From contig OZ244922.1 of the NCBI GenBank assembly GCA_965221905.1, positions 3,456,011 through 3,520,010 on the forward strand: a stretch of 64,000 bases of DNA, written 5' to 3'. The notes under the pieces are model-generated. The model saw nothing but the letters and a program-made list of their open reading frames with translations. It was not told the origin of the DNA and did no database searches. Both the position numbers and the translations under genes were made by a program. Numbering within the stretch: position 1 is the stretch's first letter; the number at the start of each line of letters is the position of its first letter. The stretch comes from Chloroflexota bacterium (GTDB taxonomy: Bacteria > Chloroflexota > UBA11872 > VXOZ01). This document shows, in pieces, positions 1-9,820 of this stretch.

Positions 1-718
1 AACCTTGCAACTCGTCAACCAGGACCGGCGCGACTACTTGGGCGATCCGGATTTTTTGCCCCGCTCACCGGAGTCTGAGCTACTTTCGCACGAACGCACG
101 GCGCAACTCCGGGCGGCGGTGGCTGCCGGTACCGTCGGCGGCGCGACGCCGCCCCAAGAGCATGGGGATACTACTCACCTCACCGTGGTGGATGAAGCCG
201 GCAACATCGCATGCATTACCCACAGCAACGGCAACTACTCCGGCGTTATTACCCCCGGCACGGGGTTCGTCTACAACAACGGCATGAATCGCTTCGATCC
301 CCGTCCGGGCCGCGCCAGTTCCTTTGCCCCGCGCAAGGCGCGGCTGCACCTGATGATGCCGGCCATTGCGACGCGCGCGGGCAAGCCCGTCATGGCCTGG
401 GGTGCGCCTGGCGGCAACGCCATCCTGAGCGCCCTCGTGCAGGCGTTCACCAATGTGGTAGATTTCGAAATGAGCGCCACGGAAGCAGTGGTCGCGCCGC
501 GCATCCACGCTGAAGGTGACACGATCTGGTGCGACGCCCGCATGCGCACGGATACGTGCGACGCGCTGCGCGCCCGGGGATTCACCGTCGAACAGGACCC
601 AATCAGCTATCCTTCCCGGTTCGCTCTCTGTCAGCTTGTCACGTTGGGGCCGGATGGCACGTTGGACGGCGGCTCCGACCCACGTGGAGAGGGGGCAGTG
701 TTCATCGCGCGCACCTGA
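1..718 (+). CDS. ggt: Gamma-glutamyltransferase family protein, C-terminal part (5' end outside window)
   Basis: DRRDYLGDPDF; TTHLTVVD with the Ntn-hydrolase nucleophile Thr; GFVYNN.M..F; GAPGG; terminal GGSDPRG.G. Confidence 0.9.
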   Translation, partial: TLQLVNQDRRDYLGDPDFLPRSPESELLSHERTAQLRAAVAAGTVGGATPPQEHGDTTHLTVVDEAGNIACITHSNGNYSGVITPGTGFVYNNGMNRFDPRPGRASSFAPRKARLHLMMPAIATRAGKPVMAWGAPGGNAILSALVQAFTNVVDFEMSATEAVVAPRIHAEGDTIWCDARMRTDTCDALRARGFTVEQDPISYPSRFALCQLVTLGPDGTLDGGSDPRGEGAVFIART

Positions 719-763
719 TATTCCCGCACCGTAGTCACAGCGCCGAACTCTTGCATATAGGCC

Positions 764-1145
764 GTAGCGCGGGGGCTTGTCCCCCGCTCCTGGATACAAG
801 TGAAAACAGGGTTTTTACCATGGGCACCGCATTGGAGAAGAGGGTACACAAGGATTGACCTCATAACAGACGCAGGTTACAAACCTGCGCTACCGGGCAT
901 GGGCGTCGCTTTGAGCGCCATGTTCCGCACTTTAGTGGCAATTGCAACGCCATTGAAGCTTGTCCCCCGCCGGATTGGGCGGCACAGGGGGTTATCCCCA
1001 TGGGCACTGCATCGGAGAAGAGGGTACACAAGGATCGACCCTATAGCAGACGCAGGTTACAAACCTGCGCTACCAGGGATGTGGGGCCTTGTGAGCGCCA
1101 TGTTCCGGGCTATAGTGGCAGATTCGACACCATTGAGGCTTGTCA
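764..1145. repeat. Tandem ~181-bp duplication built from GTAG-type REP-like palindromes (BIME-like)
   Basis: AGGGTACACAAGGAT at 841 and 1022; CGCAGGTTACAAACCTGCGCTAC twice; GCTTGTCCCCCGC at 775 and 958. Confidence 0.85.
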
Positions 1146-1149
1146 TTCC

Positions 1150-1467
1150 TGTAAGTGTTAGGTATTTCGTTGACAGAATGGGAACATGAAACAACAAGAG
1201 ATGATGCCCTCGTATCGGCTGCCATACACATTGGGTTGCTGCATCACGAGCAATGACAGTTCATGCATCAAAGACTAATATCGCAGACGGCACGAGAATC
1301 GTCACTCCGGCGAAAAGCCTGCCCTGTACTTGATACGGGGCCGGAGTCCAGGGGGTGCAGTGAAGATGGATTCCGGCTTGCGCCGGAATGACGGAGTTGA
1401 ACGTCTTCTACTTGTCATGGTTTCAATTGGACTGATGAAACTGTCAACGGATTAGTCAACACTTACA
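1150..1467 (+). mobile_element. MITE-like element, copy 1, with imperfect 27-bp TIR and an internal CGTC-type palindrome doublet
   Basis: TGTAAGTGTTAGGTATTTCGTTGACAG ... CTGTCAACGGATTAGTCAACACTTACA; similar along its length to the reverse complement of 5367-5659. Confidence 0.75.
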
Positions 1468-1558
1468 CTTCCGCTGCTTGACGCAAGAAGCAACAACCAA
1501 CTTGAATCAGGCGGTTTGTACGCCCGCGCGGCCATCCCAGCACAAGAAGGAGGCACCA

Positions 1559-4042
1559 TTGGCTAGTCCGGATATTTCAGAAAGCCGTTGGACCGTCCGC
1601 CGTGCGGCCGTAATCGGCGCGGGCACTATGGGCGCGCAGATCGCGGCGCTGCTTGCCGGATTCGGCATCGAGTGCGAGTTGCTCGACTTACCGGAAACCG
1701 AGGGGCGCGACCGGCGCGCTGAAGCTGCTCTAGAGAAACTCGCCGCCATGCGTCCGTCGCCGCTCTTTGAGCGCGGCGACCTGGCCCGCATCCGCCCCGG
1801 CAACGTGGAGGACCACTGCGAGCGGTTAACCGAGTGCGATTGGGTGATCGAAGCAGTCTTTGAAGACCTTGCAGTCAAACAACGCCTCTGGACGACACTG
1901 GCGCCGCACGTGCGTCACGACGCCATTGCTAGTACCAACACGTCCAGCATCCCAATAAAGTACATAGCCAAAGTACTGCCTCCAGAGGTGAGGCGAAGAT
2001 TTCTGGGCGCGCACTTCTTCAATCCGCCCCGCTACCTGCGGCTATTCGAGCTAATTCCGACCCAGGAGACCGATCCCGCCGTTACCGCGGCATTGCAGCG
2101 CTTCGGCGGCGAGACGCTGGGCAAGGGCTGCATCCTCGCCCACGACGTGCCCGGCTTCGTAGGCAATCGCATTGGGCTCTACGTCTTCGCGGATATCCTG
2201 CGTGCGCTGCAGGAGTCGGGCTTGGGTCCTGATGAGATAGACAGCATTACCGGGCCGCCGCTGGGTCGTCCGCGCAGCGCCACGTTCCGCACGCTCGACC
2301 TGATAGGCATCGACGTTTACGTGGACATCTGCGACAAGCTGCAGGCCTCGGTGCCGGAATCTTGGGAGCAAGCCGCGTTTGCCGTGCCCCCATTCGTCCG
2401 CACGATGGTTGAGCGCGGCTGGCTGGGCGAAAAGAGCGGCCAAGGCTTTTATAAGCGCGAGCAAGTTGACGGTCGCAGGGAAATCCTGGTGCTCGACCCG
2501 GAAACTTTGGAGTACCGATCGCAGCGTAGTTTGGACGCGCCGTCACTGGCTGCGGTGCGCAGAGTGGAAGATAGCGGCGCGCGCATTGCCGCCCTCGCCC
2601 ACGCTGACGATGCTGCCGGACGGCTCGCCTGGCGCAGTCTCTCGCGGCTCTTTGCCTTTGCCGCCGCCAAGATACCCGAGGTCGCCGACGAAATCGCCAG
2701 CATCGATAACGCTATACGCTGGGGTTTTGCCTGGGAGCTGGGCCCCTTTGAGACCTGGGAAGCCATGGGCAAAGCGGAGACGGCAGACCGCATGGAACGC
2801 GACGGTCTTGCCGTACCGCCGTGGGTGACGGCGCTCGCACAGCGGGACAAGCCCTTCTATCGCTACACCGCAAATGGAACAGAACAAGCGACGCCCCAGT
2901 CCACGTACAGGCCGGTAGCTGGGAGCGAGCGGACGCTATCGTTACCGTGGCTGCGCGCACAGGCAAAACCGGTGGTCGCGCGCGCCGGAGCAACCCTCAG
3001 TGATCTGGGCGACGGCATTGCCTTCCTGGACGTGCATGGGCCGAAGCAGACGATTGACACGAACGTGCTCGACATGCTCGAGGTTGCCGCAGAGCAGGTA
3101 CCGCCTGCGTTCCGGGGCCTCGTGCTCAGCAGCCACGTGCAGCCCAATATCTGCCTCGGCGCGAACCTCGCCGTGATCCTTCAGGCCGCGCAAGAGCAGC
3201 AGTGGGACGTGATCGAATCCTTCATTCACAAGCTGCAATACTCGCTGCTGGCGCTCAAGCGCATGCCGGTGCCCTTTGTGACCGCCCTTTACGGGCGCGT
3301 GCTCGGCGGCGGGCTTGAATTGGGGCTATCGGCGCATCGCGTCGTGGCGGCGCGAGAGAGCTACGTGGGTCTGGTGGAGACCGCCGTGGGACTGGTGCCC
3401 GCCGGCGGCGGCTGCAAGGAACTGCTGCTGCGGATGCTTGACGGGCTACCCAACGAGCAGATGGATTTCCGCCCCGTATCAAGTTCGGGGCAAGCTTTCA
3501 GCGGGAATGACGGGAAGGAGAGCGAGACCGGCCAATCTTCCAAGACAATTTCGTCCATCGACGCGGCACAAGCCGTACAGCGAGCATTCGAAACGATCCG
3601 CATGGCGAAAGTGTCGCAGCATGCGCCCGACGCGCTGGAAATCGGCTATCTTCGTGAGAGCGACATCATAGAGTCGAACCCTGATCACTTGCTTTTTCGG
3701 GCTAAGACGGAAGCGCTGGCCCTAAGTAAAGTAAGTAAAGACGGTGGTTCTGTTCACGCCGATCCGGTGCAACTCCCCGTGTTGGGGGAAAGCGGGCGCG
3801 CCGCTCTGGTTGCGCCGGTGGCAGACCTTATGCAAGCGGGCAAAACCACCGACCACGACCTGACTATCGCGCGGAAACTCGCCTACATTCTCTCCGGCGG
3901 CGACGCAGAAGCCGGCACCCAGCAAGACGAATCCCACTTCATCGACCTGGAGCGCGAGGCCTTCGTCAGCCTCTGCGGCGAACCCAAGACCCAAGACCGC
4001 ATCGCCCATATCCTCAAGACCGGTAAGCCTCTACAGAACTAA
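1559..4042 (+). CDS. 3-hydroxyacyl-CoA dehydrogenase / enoyl-CoA hydratase multifunctional protein (FadN-like)
   Basis: VIGAGTMG Rossmann motif, STNTSS, HFFNPP, GFVGNRIG, LGGGLE crotonase motif; AAGGAGG RBS before TTG at 1559. Confidence 0.92.
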   Translation: MASPDISESRWTVRRAAVIGAGTMGAQIAALLAGFGIECELLDLPETEGRDRRAEAALEKLAAMRPSPLFERGDLARIRPGNVEDHCERLTECDWVIEAVFEDLAVKQRLWTTLAPHVRHDAIASTNTSSIPIKYIAKVLPPEVRRRFLGAHFFNPPRYLRLFELIPTQETDPAVTAALQRFGGETLGKGCILAHDVPGFVGNRIGLYVFADILRALQESGLGPDEIDSITGPPLGRPRSATFRTLDLIGIDVYVDICDKLQASVPESWEQAAFAVPPFVRTMVERGWLGEKSGQGFYKREQVDGRREILVLDPETLEYRSQRSLDAPSLAAVRRVEDSGARIAALAHADDAAGRLAWRSLSRLFAFAAAKIPEVADEIASIDNAIRWGFAWELGPFETWEAMGKAETADRMERDGLAVPPWVTALAQRDKPFYRYTANGTEQATPQSTYRPVAGSERTLSLPWLRAQAKPVVARAGATLSDLGDGIAFLDVHGPKQTIDTNVLDMLEVAAEQVPPAFRGLVLSSHVQPNICLGANLAVILQAAQEQQWDVIESFIHKLQYSLLALKRMPVPFVTALYGRVLGGGLELGLSAHRVVAARESYVGLVETAVGLVPAGGGCKELLLRMLDGLPNEQMDFRPVSSSGQAFSGNDGKESETGQSSKTISSIDAAQAVQRAFETIRMAKVSQHAPDALEIGYLRESDIIESNPDHLLFRAKTEALALSKVSKDGGSVHADPVQLPVLGESGRAALVAPVADLMQAGKTTDHDLTIARKLAYILSGGDAEAGTQQDESHFIDLEREAFVSLCGEPKTQDRIAHILKTGKPLQN

Positions 4043-4084
4043 CGAAGCTATATTGGAATTACTAACTATGGATAAGGAGAGGAA

Positions 4085-4384
4085 CTGATAAATTCAACTG
4101 CTGCTCCAATCCATCCTGGAGAACACCTGGCAGAGATTCTCGATGAACTCGGTATTAGCCAGTATCGTCTGGCGAAAACGATAGGCGTGCCGCCGATACG
4201 CATCAACCAGATCGTGCACGGCCGACGCGCCATTACGGCGGATACCGCTCTGCGAATCGGCAGGGCACTCAACATGACGCCGGACTTCTGGCTGAATCTC
4301 CAGCGGATGTACGATCTGGACGTAGCGCGTGCCTCTGCGGATGTCAGCGGCATTGAGCCGCTCGTTACGGCAGAGCGACCATGA
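4085..4384 (+). CDS. higA: HigA-family antitoxin (Xre HTH), orphan, non-canonical start (CTG or ATA)
   Basis: Frame extends upstream of the tracked ORF: PIHPGEHLAEILDELGISQYRLAKTIGVPPIRINQIVHGRRAITADTALRIGRAL..FWLNLQ..YDL; AGGAG RBS. Confidence 0.85.
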   Translation: MINSTAAPIHPGEHLAEILDELGISQYRLAKTIGVPPIRINQIVHGRRAITADTALRIGRALNMTPDFWLNLQRMYDLDVARASADVSGIEPLVTAERP

Positions 4385-4521
4385 CGCTGCGCCGTGGGTG
4401 TGGCAGTCTGTCGCTGCAAAACGCTGGCGCACACTCATTCCGAGGTTACTATGGTTTGTAGGCACGTGGCCTGGACGAAGTAGGCCGCGTCCGTATCTCA
4501 CTGGATATGAAAGGAATCGCA

Positions 4522-5286
4522 ATGTCGTTTATTGAATACACCGTCACCGATAGAATCGCGCGCATTACGCTGAACCGGCCGGATAAGCTCAACGCCATCA
4601 ACCGTGCCATGCGGGAAGAGCTCTTTGCCGTGTTCGCGGATTTCGCCGCGCGGGATGATGCCTGGGTAGCCGTCATTACCGGCACGGGACGGGCCTTCTC
4701 CGTCGGTCATGACCTGGAAGAGATGGGCGGTCCGTCGGGTGACGAAGCGCCGGGCACGTCAATCGAGGACCTCTACGTGATGCAGACGCGTATCTGGAAG
4801 CCCATCATCGCGGCAATCAACGGCTACTGTTTGGCGCAAGGCGGCGGCATCGCGCTGGCCTCAGACATTAGAATCGCCGCCGACACTGCCCAATTCGGCT
4901 GGCCGCAAGCCAAGCGCGGCATCAGCTCCATCAGCGGCCCCTCGATGCTCGCCAACCGCATCCCGCTAAATTACGCGCTCGAATTCCTGCTCACCGGCGA
5001 GTTTATCAGCGCGCAGGAGGCGCACCGGCTGCACCTCGTGAATAAGGTCGTGCCGCTGGACGCGCTCGCAGACACGGCGGGCGAGTATGCGCAGACCATC
5101 GCGCAGAACGCGCCGCTGGCAACCCGCGGCATGAAGGAAGCCGCCGTGCGCGGTCAATACCTGGGCCTGGAAGAGCGGGTGAACCTGGCGAGTCTCTTGT
5201 TCGACCGCGTGCGCGCCTCGGCTGACGCCGAAGAGGGGCTGCGGGCCTTCGTGGAGAAGCGCGAGCCGGAATTTAGGGGAGAATGA
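4522..5286 (+). CDS. Enoyl-CoA hydratase/isomerase family protein
   Basis: ITLNRPDKLNAI, AFSVGHDL, KPIIAAINGYC, EEGLRAFVEKREPEF. Confidence 0.92.
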   Translation: MSFIEYTVTDRIARITLNRPDKLNAINRAMREELFAVFADFAARDDAWVAVITGTGRAFSVGHDLEEMGGPSGDEAPGTSIEDLYVMQTRIWKPIIAAINGYCLAQGGGIALASDIRIAADTAQFGWPQAKRGISSISGPSMLANRIPLNYALEFLLTGEFISAQEAHRLHLVNKVVPLDALADTAGEYAQTIAQNAPLATRGMKEAAVRGQYLGLEERVNLASLLFDRVRASADAEEGLRAFVEKREPEFRGE

Positions 5287-5366
5287 GCGCAGTGAGAACG
5301 GTAGGAAGGCGCGCTCTACCAAGCCTCTTGCACAGAGCGGAATACATTCACGGGCAAGCAGATATT

Positions 5367-5659
5367 TGTAAGTGTTGACCAATTCGTTGGAAGATTCGTA
5401 AATCCAGTTAATGCACTGGAAAGTTGAAGACGGTCATCTCCGTCATTCCGGCGCAAGCCGGAATCCATCTTCGCCGCACCCCCTGGACTCCGGCATTCGC
5501 CGGAGTGACGGTTTTCCTGCCGCCTACGTCTTTCATCTTTGATGCATGAGCTATCACTGCTTGTGACAGAACTCCTGGTGGGTAAGGCAGCCGACAGGTA
5601 GCTACTACCTCCTGCCGATTCATGCCCGCATTCTGTCAGCTAGTTACCTGACACTTACA
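5367..5659 (-). mobile_element. MITE-like element, copy 2, inverted relative to copy 1
   Basis: TGTAAGTGTTGACCAATTCGTTG ... CTGACACTTACA; internal palindrome doublet at 5440-5511. Confidence 0.75.
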
Positions 5660-5786
5660 GGAATTACGGTTATCGCCGTGCGTCTCTTCCTACAGCTCAT
5701 GAGGGAAGTCCGTCCTCCGAGTGACCACGTGATGCTGCGAGGGCTGTCTCGCCATTCCGGTAGCGGAATATCCGCTCAGTCTGAGG

Positions 5787-6404
5787 TCATTCTGAAGTAC
5801 TCGCGGTCGGTGTAGCAGTGGGCGCAGCGCGTTCTAGAGTGAATGTGCCCCCAATGAGGCCAATCCTAAAACCGCCCGTAATCACACCATCTTCCAGCTT
5901 GCCGTCGAAGGTCAGGTCGCTACCCTCTTGCGGGATCACGAAACGAATCCCTCCATCCGCTTGAAGCTCGGCTTTGAAGGCAAGGTCCTCGATCCTACGC
6001 GTAGAAATGTCCATCGTGCCCCAGAGTTCGCCGTCCACAAGCTGAAGCGAAGCGCTTATCGGGACTTCAGACCGCAGAACCTCTAGTACTCCCTCCCAGT
6101 TTCCAATCAGCGCCGCTTCAGGGCCGTCCGGCGTTGGCGTCGGCGATGGGACTACGGTCGGAGTCGGCGTAGGAACGGGAGACGCCAGCGGACTCGGCGA
6201 CGAAAGCACAGTCGGCGTCGGCACGGGTGTTGCAATTGGTGTTGGCGAGGGCATCACCGTTGGCGATACCTGGCTGGGTGTCGGCAGTGTCGGCGAAGGA
6301 ACCGCAGTTGGAGTCGGTGGTGCGGGACTCGGGGCAAACAATCCGCACGTGCTGAGCAAGACCACGGCCAAACCCAGCACCACCGGGAGCAAAATAGCCA
6401 GCAA
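5787..6404 (-). CDS. Putative lipoprotein with a Pro/Thr-rich linker and a small beta-rich domain
   Basis: Hydrophobic N-terminus ending LLSTCG, PTPT repeats, GNWEG..L domain start; start codon uncertain. Confidence 0.65.
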   Translation of the reverse strand: MLAILLPVVLGLAVVLLSTCGLFAPSPAPPTPTAVPSPTLPTPSQVSPTVMPSPTPIATPVPTPTVLSSPSPLASPVPTPTPTVVPSPTPTPDGPEAALIGNWEGVLEVLRSEVPISASLQLVDGELWGTMDISTRRIEDLAFKAELQADGGIRFVIPQEGSDLTFDGKLEDGVITGGFRIGLIGGTFTLERAAPTATPTASTSE

Positions 6405-6591
6405 GAGCGCCCGAAAATACCGGGAGAGCGCGCTGCAAGGCCTAGACGTAGATGACCGTGAAGGTAGTTTCAGATTGATGCTGCTATGAAGGATTGAGAG
6501 CGTTACTGGGTACTATTTCACTATAGCGCACTTACGCACGGTCGTCCCATAACCCCGAACGCCATGGCGCAGTTGCTACCTCTCCACTAAT

Positions 6592-6624
6592 AGGGAAAGA
6601 GCCGGCCGCAGCCGACTCTTTCCC
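6592..6624 (-). terminator. Hairpin terminator after the solute-binding protein genes
   Basis: GGGAAAGAGCCGGC-cgca-GCCGACTCTTTCCC. Confidence 0.6.
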
Positions 6625-6662
6625 ATAGACCGTCTCTGAAGGCGTGCGCCCTCTCTGCGTCT

Positions 6663-8075
6663 CTACTGAGCGAGCGCCTCGTCGACCAAGGCTTGTATGG
6701 GCTCCTTCATATTGCGCAGGGCTTCTCGCACCGTCACCTTGCCTGCGAAAAGGTCCGCAAAGGTCGGGTTGGAGATATCCTTGCGAATCTGACCGAAGGC
6801 AACAGTGCGGAAGATCCGTCCGTTCGGCACTCCGTACTGCAGGGCATCGCGGTAGATCTCCAAGCGCAACTCGCTCTGGAAGTCCTTATCGCCGTAGATA
6901 TTCTGCGCCCATTCGTCGAAGAAGTCCACGCGGTGGAAGCCGGTGCCGCGCGAGATCGCCCAATTGATGGTGCGGCTACCCCATTTGAGCAGTTCCCAGC
7001 CGGCATCGGGTTGCTGGGCGCCGACGACGATGCCGTTGCCGTCCAGGTTGAGGTGCGAGACCGGCCGCGCGCTCGTGCCGCGTACGACGGGGCTGAAGAC
7101 GAACGGCGCGCCGCGCTGGATCGCCTCCAGCACCGGGAAGAAGCCGCCGGGCGCGCTGCGCAGCATGGCCCCCTTCTCCTCCACGAAGGCCGTCCTGGAA
7201 TTAGTGCCGAACAGCTCTTGCACCTGCCCCGGCTTATCCACGGACCGGTCCTCGTGCACCATTGTGAAGTAGCGCTCGTAGGCGTCCACCAGCGCGGGAT
7301 CTTCTGAGATTACCGTGCGGTTGTCGTCGGCCAGCCATTCCGCATCGAAAAGAGCAGGCCAGTTAAGGAAAAGGTAGTTGGCGTTCGCGCCCACCATGCC
7401 GAACTGAACGGTCTTGCCGCCCTCTTCCTTGGTCAGCTGTTTCATTTCAGCGGTGAAGCGGTCGAAGGTCCAATCGGGATCCTCCCAGTTATTGGGAGGC
7501 AGGTTCAGACCGGCCTCTTCGTACATGCGCTTGTTGATGGGCGCAATGGGCCAGTTACCGCCCGACTGATTTGGTAGTGCAAACAGCTTGCCGTCACGGC
7601 GGAACCAGGCGTCCATCGCCGTTTTGGGGAAGGGGCTCAAGTCTATCTGGTCTTTGGCGACCCGGTCGTCAATGGCCTCCACAGCGCCAAGCGCCGTGAG
7701 CGCCGGGTCGGTGAGCCAGGATACATCGGGCGCTTGACCGCCTGCCACAAGCGTCAGCAAGAACTGGCGGCGGTCGCCGGACCAGATGATCCAATTCAAC
7801 GTGATGCCGGGGTTGTCGGCCTCAAACGGCTCCTTGACCAGCGAATCCACGTTATCCGCTTGGCGGCTGTTGTGGTTGGTGAGCCAATGCACATCCACCG
7901 GCTCCGCCATAGCGGGCTTCTTGGTCTCTTCTTTTGGCATCTCCTCCTTGGCCGTCTCATCGCTCGGGGCCATGGCGGCCGGCTGGCCGCAGGCCCCGAG
8001 CATGACGCCGCCAAGGGAAACAGCGCCTACACCACCCAGCAGGTGTCGCCGGGTAAATCGTTCCCGGATATTCAT
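6663..8075 (-). CDS. ABC transporter solute-binding lipoprotein (carbohydrate-type, Tat signal)
   Basis: TRRHLLG..MLGACG signal, GGQAPDV, GKLFALP, WTFD.F, AGWELLKW; AAGGAGG RBS. Confidence 0.88.
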   Translation of the reverse strand: MNIRERFTRRHLLGGVGAVSLGGVMLGACGQPAAMAPSDETAKEEMPKEETKKPAMAEPVDVHWLTNHNSRQADNVDSLVKEPFEADNPGITLNWIIWSGDRRQFLLTLVAGGQAPDVSWLTDPALTALGAVEAIDDRVAKDQIDLSPFPKTAMDAWFRRDGKLFALPNQSGGNWPIAPINKRMYEEAGLNLPPNNWEDPDWTFDRFTAEMKQLTKEEGGKTVQFGMVGANANYLFLNWPALFDAEWLADDNRTVISEDPALVDAYERYFTMVHEDRSVDKPGQVQELFGTNSRTAFVEEKGAMLRSAPGGFFPVLEAIQRGAPFVFSPVVRGTSARPVSHLNLDGNGIVVGAQQPDAGWELLKWGSRTINWAISRGTGFHRVDFFDEWAQNIYGDKDFQSELRLEIYRDALQYGVPNGRIFRTVAFGQIRKDISNPTFADLFAGKVTVREALRNMKEPIQALVDEALAQ

Positions 8076-8143
8076 TTTGCGCCCTCCTTGTTTGAAGTGT
8101 CACGCAAACCCTTCTCCTATGAAGTGTGCCTCATCAGGCTCCC

Positions 8144-9556
8144 CTACTGAGCGAGTGCCTCGTCAATCAGCGCCTGCATCGGCTGTTTCATGCCGCGCAG
8201 GGCCTCTTGCACCGTAACGTTGCCCTCGAAGAGGTCCGCGAAGATCGGATTGATGAGCTGGTCGCGGATCTGATTATAGGCGGCAGAGCGGAAGGAACGT
8301 CCCGCCGGTACCGCGTACTGCAGCGCGTCGCGGTAGACCTCCAAGCGCACTTCTGCCTGGAAGTCCGCATCGCCGTAGATATTCTGGGCCCATTCATCGA
8401 AGAAATCGACACGGTGGAAGCCGGTACCGCGCGAGATCGCCCAGTTGATAGTTTGGCTGCCCCACTTGATGAGTTCCCAGCCGGCGTCGGGCTGCTTGGA
8501 GCCGATCACGATGCCGTTGCCGTCCAGGTTCAAGTGCGAGACCGGTTGCGCGCTGGTGCCGCGCACAACGGGGCTAAACACGAACGGCGCGCCGCGCTGG
8601 ATGGCCTCCAGCACATTGAAGAAGCCGCCGGGCGCGCTGCGGAGCATGGCGCCTCTTTCCTCGACGAACGCCGTCCTGGTATTAGTGCCAAAGAGATCGT
8701 TCACCTGCCCCGGCTTATCTACAGAACGGTCTTGGATCGCCATGGTGAAGAAGCGCTCGTACGCATCCACCAATGCGGGATCGTCCGAGACCACGGTACG
8801 GTTGTCATCGGCGATCCATTCCGTATCGAAAAGGTTCGGCCAGTCGATGAAGAGGAAGACCGGACTCGCGCCCAGCAAGCCGAACTGGACCGTTTGACCA
8901 CCCTCTTCCTTGGTCAGCCTCTTCATTTCAGTGGTGAAGCGGTCGAAGGTCCAATCGGGGTCCTGCCAATCGGTGGGCGGCAGGTTCAGACCGGCTTCTT
9001 CGTACATGCGCTTATTGGTAGGAGCCACGGGCCAGTCGCCGCCGGACTGGTTAGGCAGCGCAAAGAGCTTGCCGTCGCGCCGGAACCAGGCGTCCATCGC
9101 CGCTTCCGGGAAGGGGCTGAGGTCGATCTGGTCCTTGGCTACCCGGTCGTCAATAGCCTCCACCGCGCCGAGCGCCGTGAGCGCCGGGTCGGTGAGCCAT
9201 GCAACGTCAGGCGCTTGGCCGCCGGCTACCAACGTCTGCAAAAACTCGCGGCGGTCGCCGGTCCAGATGATCCATTTGAGCGTGATGCCGGGGTTATCGT
9301 TCTCAAACGGCTCCTTGACCAGCCCGTCAACGTTATCCAGTTGGCGGCTGTTGTGGTGGGTAAGCCATGACACCTCTACGGGCTCCGCCATTGCGGGCTT
9401 TTCAGCCTCTTCTTGGGCCATCTCCTCTTTGGCCATCTCCCCGCCAGACTCCATAGTCGTCGCCTGGCCGCACGCCGCGAGTATGACACCTCCGACGGAA
9501 ACGGCGCCTATTCCTCCCAACAATTGACGTCGCGTAACGCTCTCTCGTAAGTCCAT
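8144..9556 (-). CDS. ABC transporter solute-binding lipoprotein, close tandem paralogue of 6663-8075
   Basis: TRRQLLG..ILAACG; long blocks identical to the neighbouring gene. Confidence 0.88.
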   Translation of the reverse strand: MDLRESVTRRQLLGGIGAVSVGGVILAACGQATTMESGGEMAKEEMAQEEAEKPAMAEPVEVSWLTHHNSRQLDNVDGLVKEPFENDNPGITLKWIIWTGDRREFLQTLVAGGQAPDVAWLTDPALTALGAVEAIDDRVAKDQIDLSPFPEAAMDAWFRRDGKLFALPNQSGGDWPVAPTNKRMYEEAGLNLPPTDWQDPDWTFDRFTTEMKRLTKEEGGQTVQFGLLGASPVFLFIDWPNLFDTEWIADDNRTVVSDDPALVDAYERFFTMAIQDRSVDKPGQVNDLFGTNTRTAFVEERGAMLRSAPGGFFNVLEAIQRGAPFVFSPVVRGTSAQPVSHLNLDGNGIVIGSKQPDAGWELIKWGSQTINWAISRGTGFHRVDFFDEWAQNIYGDADFQAEVRLEVYRDALQYAVPAGRSFRSAAYNQIRDQLINPIFADLFEGNVTVQEALRGMKQPMQALIDEALAQ

Positions 9557-9820
9557 TGTGATTCCTTCCTGTTCGGAGTACGTGAGAAAAGACACAGGCT
9601 CCTTGCCTCGTTCATTCGGACAGTTTGCGTCCTCCTTTCAATAGGCAATTTAGTTACTGGCTTAAATCTATGCAAGTCAATGATAATCTGTCAAGCTCCC
9701 TGAAGTCCGGACGCACAGATAATTCCGCTCCCGTGTGCGAAAAGACTCCTGCGGCTACAATATGCGTGTATGAACGTTCGAGAATTTCAGCAATACACAG
9801 TGTAGTAAGGAGCATGCCCG

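Noticed and set aside
764-1145. Possible CRISPR array
   Set aside because: Only about two units, the inter-repeat segments are also duplicated, and no cas genes are present.
800-1189. 129-aa ORF with an internal repeat
   Set aside because: It is the translation of the tandem REP array and has no recognisable domain.
8126-9370. 414-aa plus-strand ORF, and similar long antisense ORFs (9854-10756, 43438-44397, 48914-49636)
   Set aside because: They are shadows of well-supported genes on the opposite strand in GC-rich DNA.
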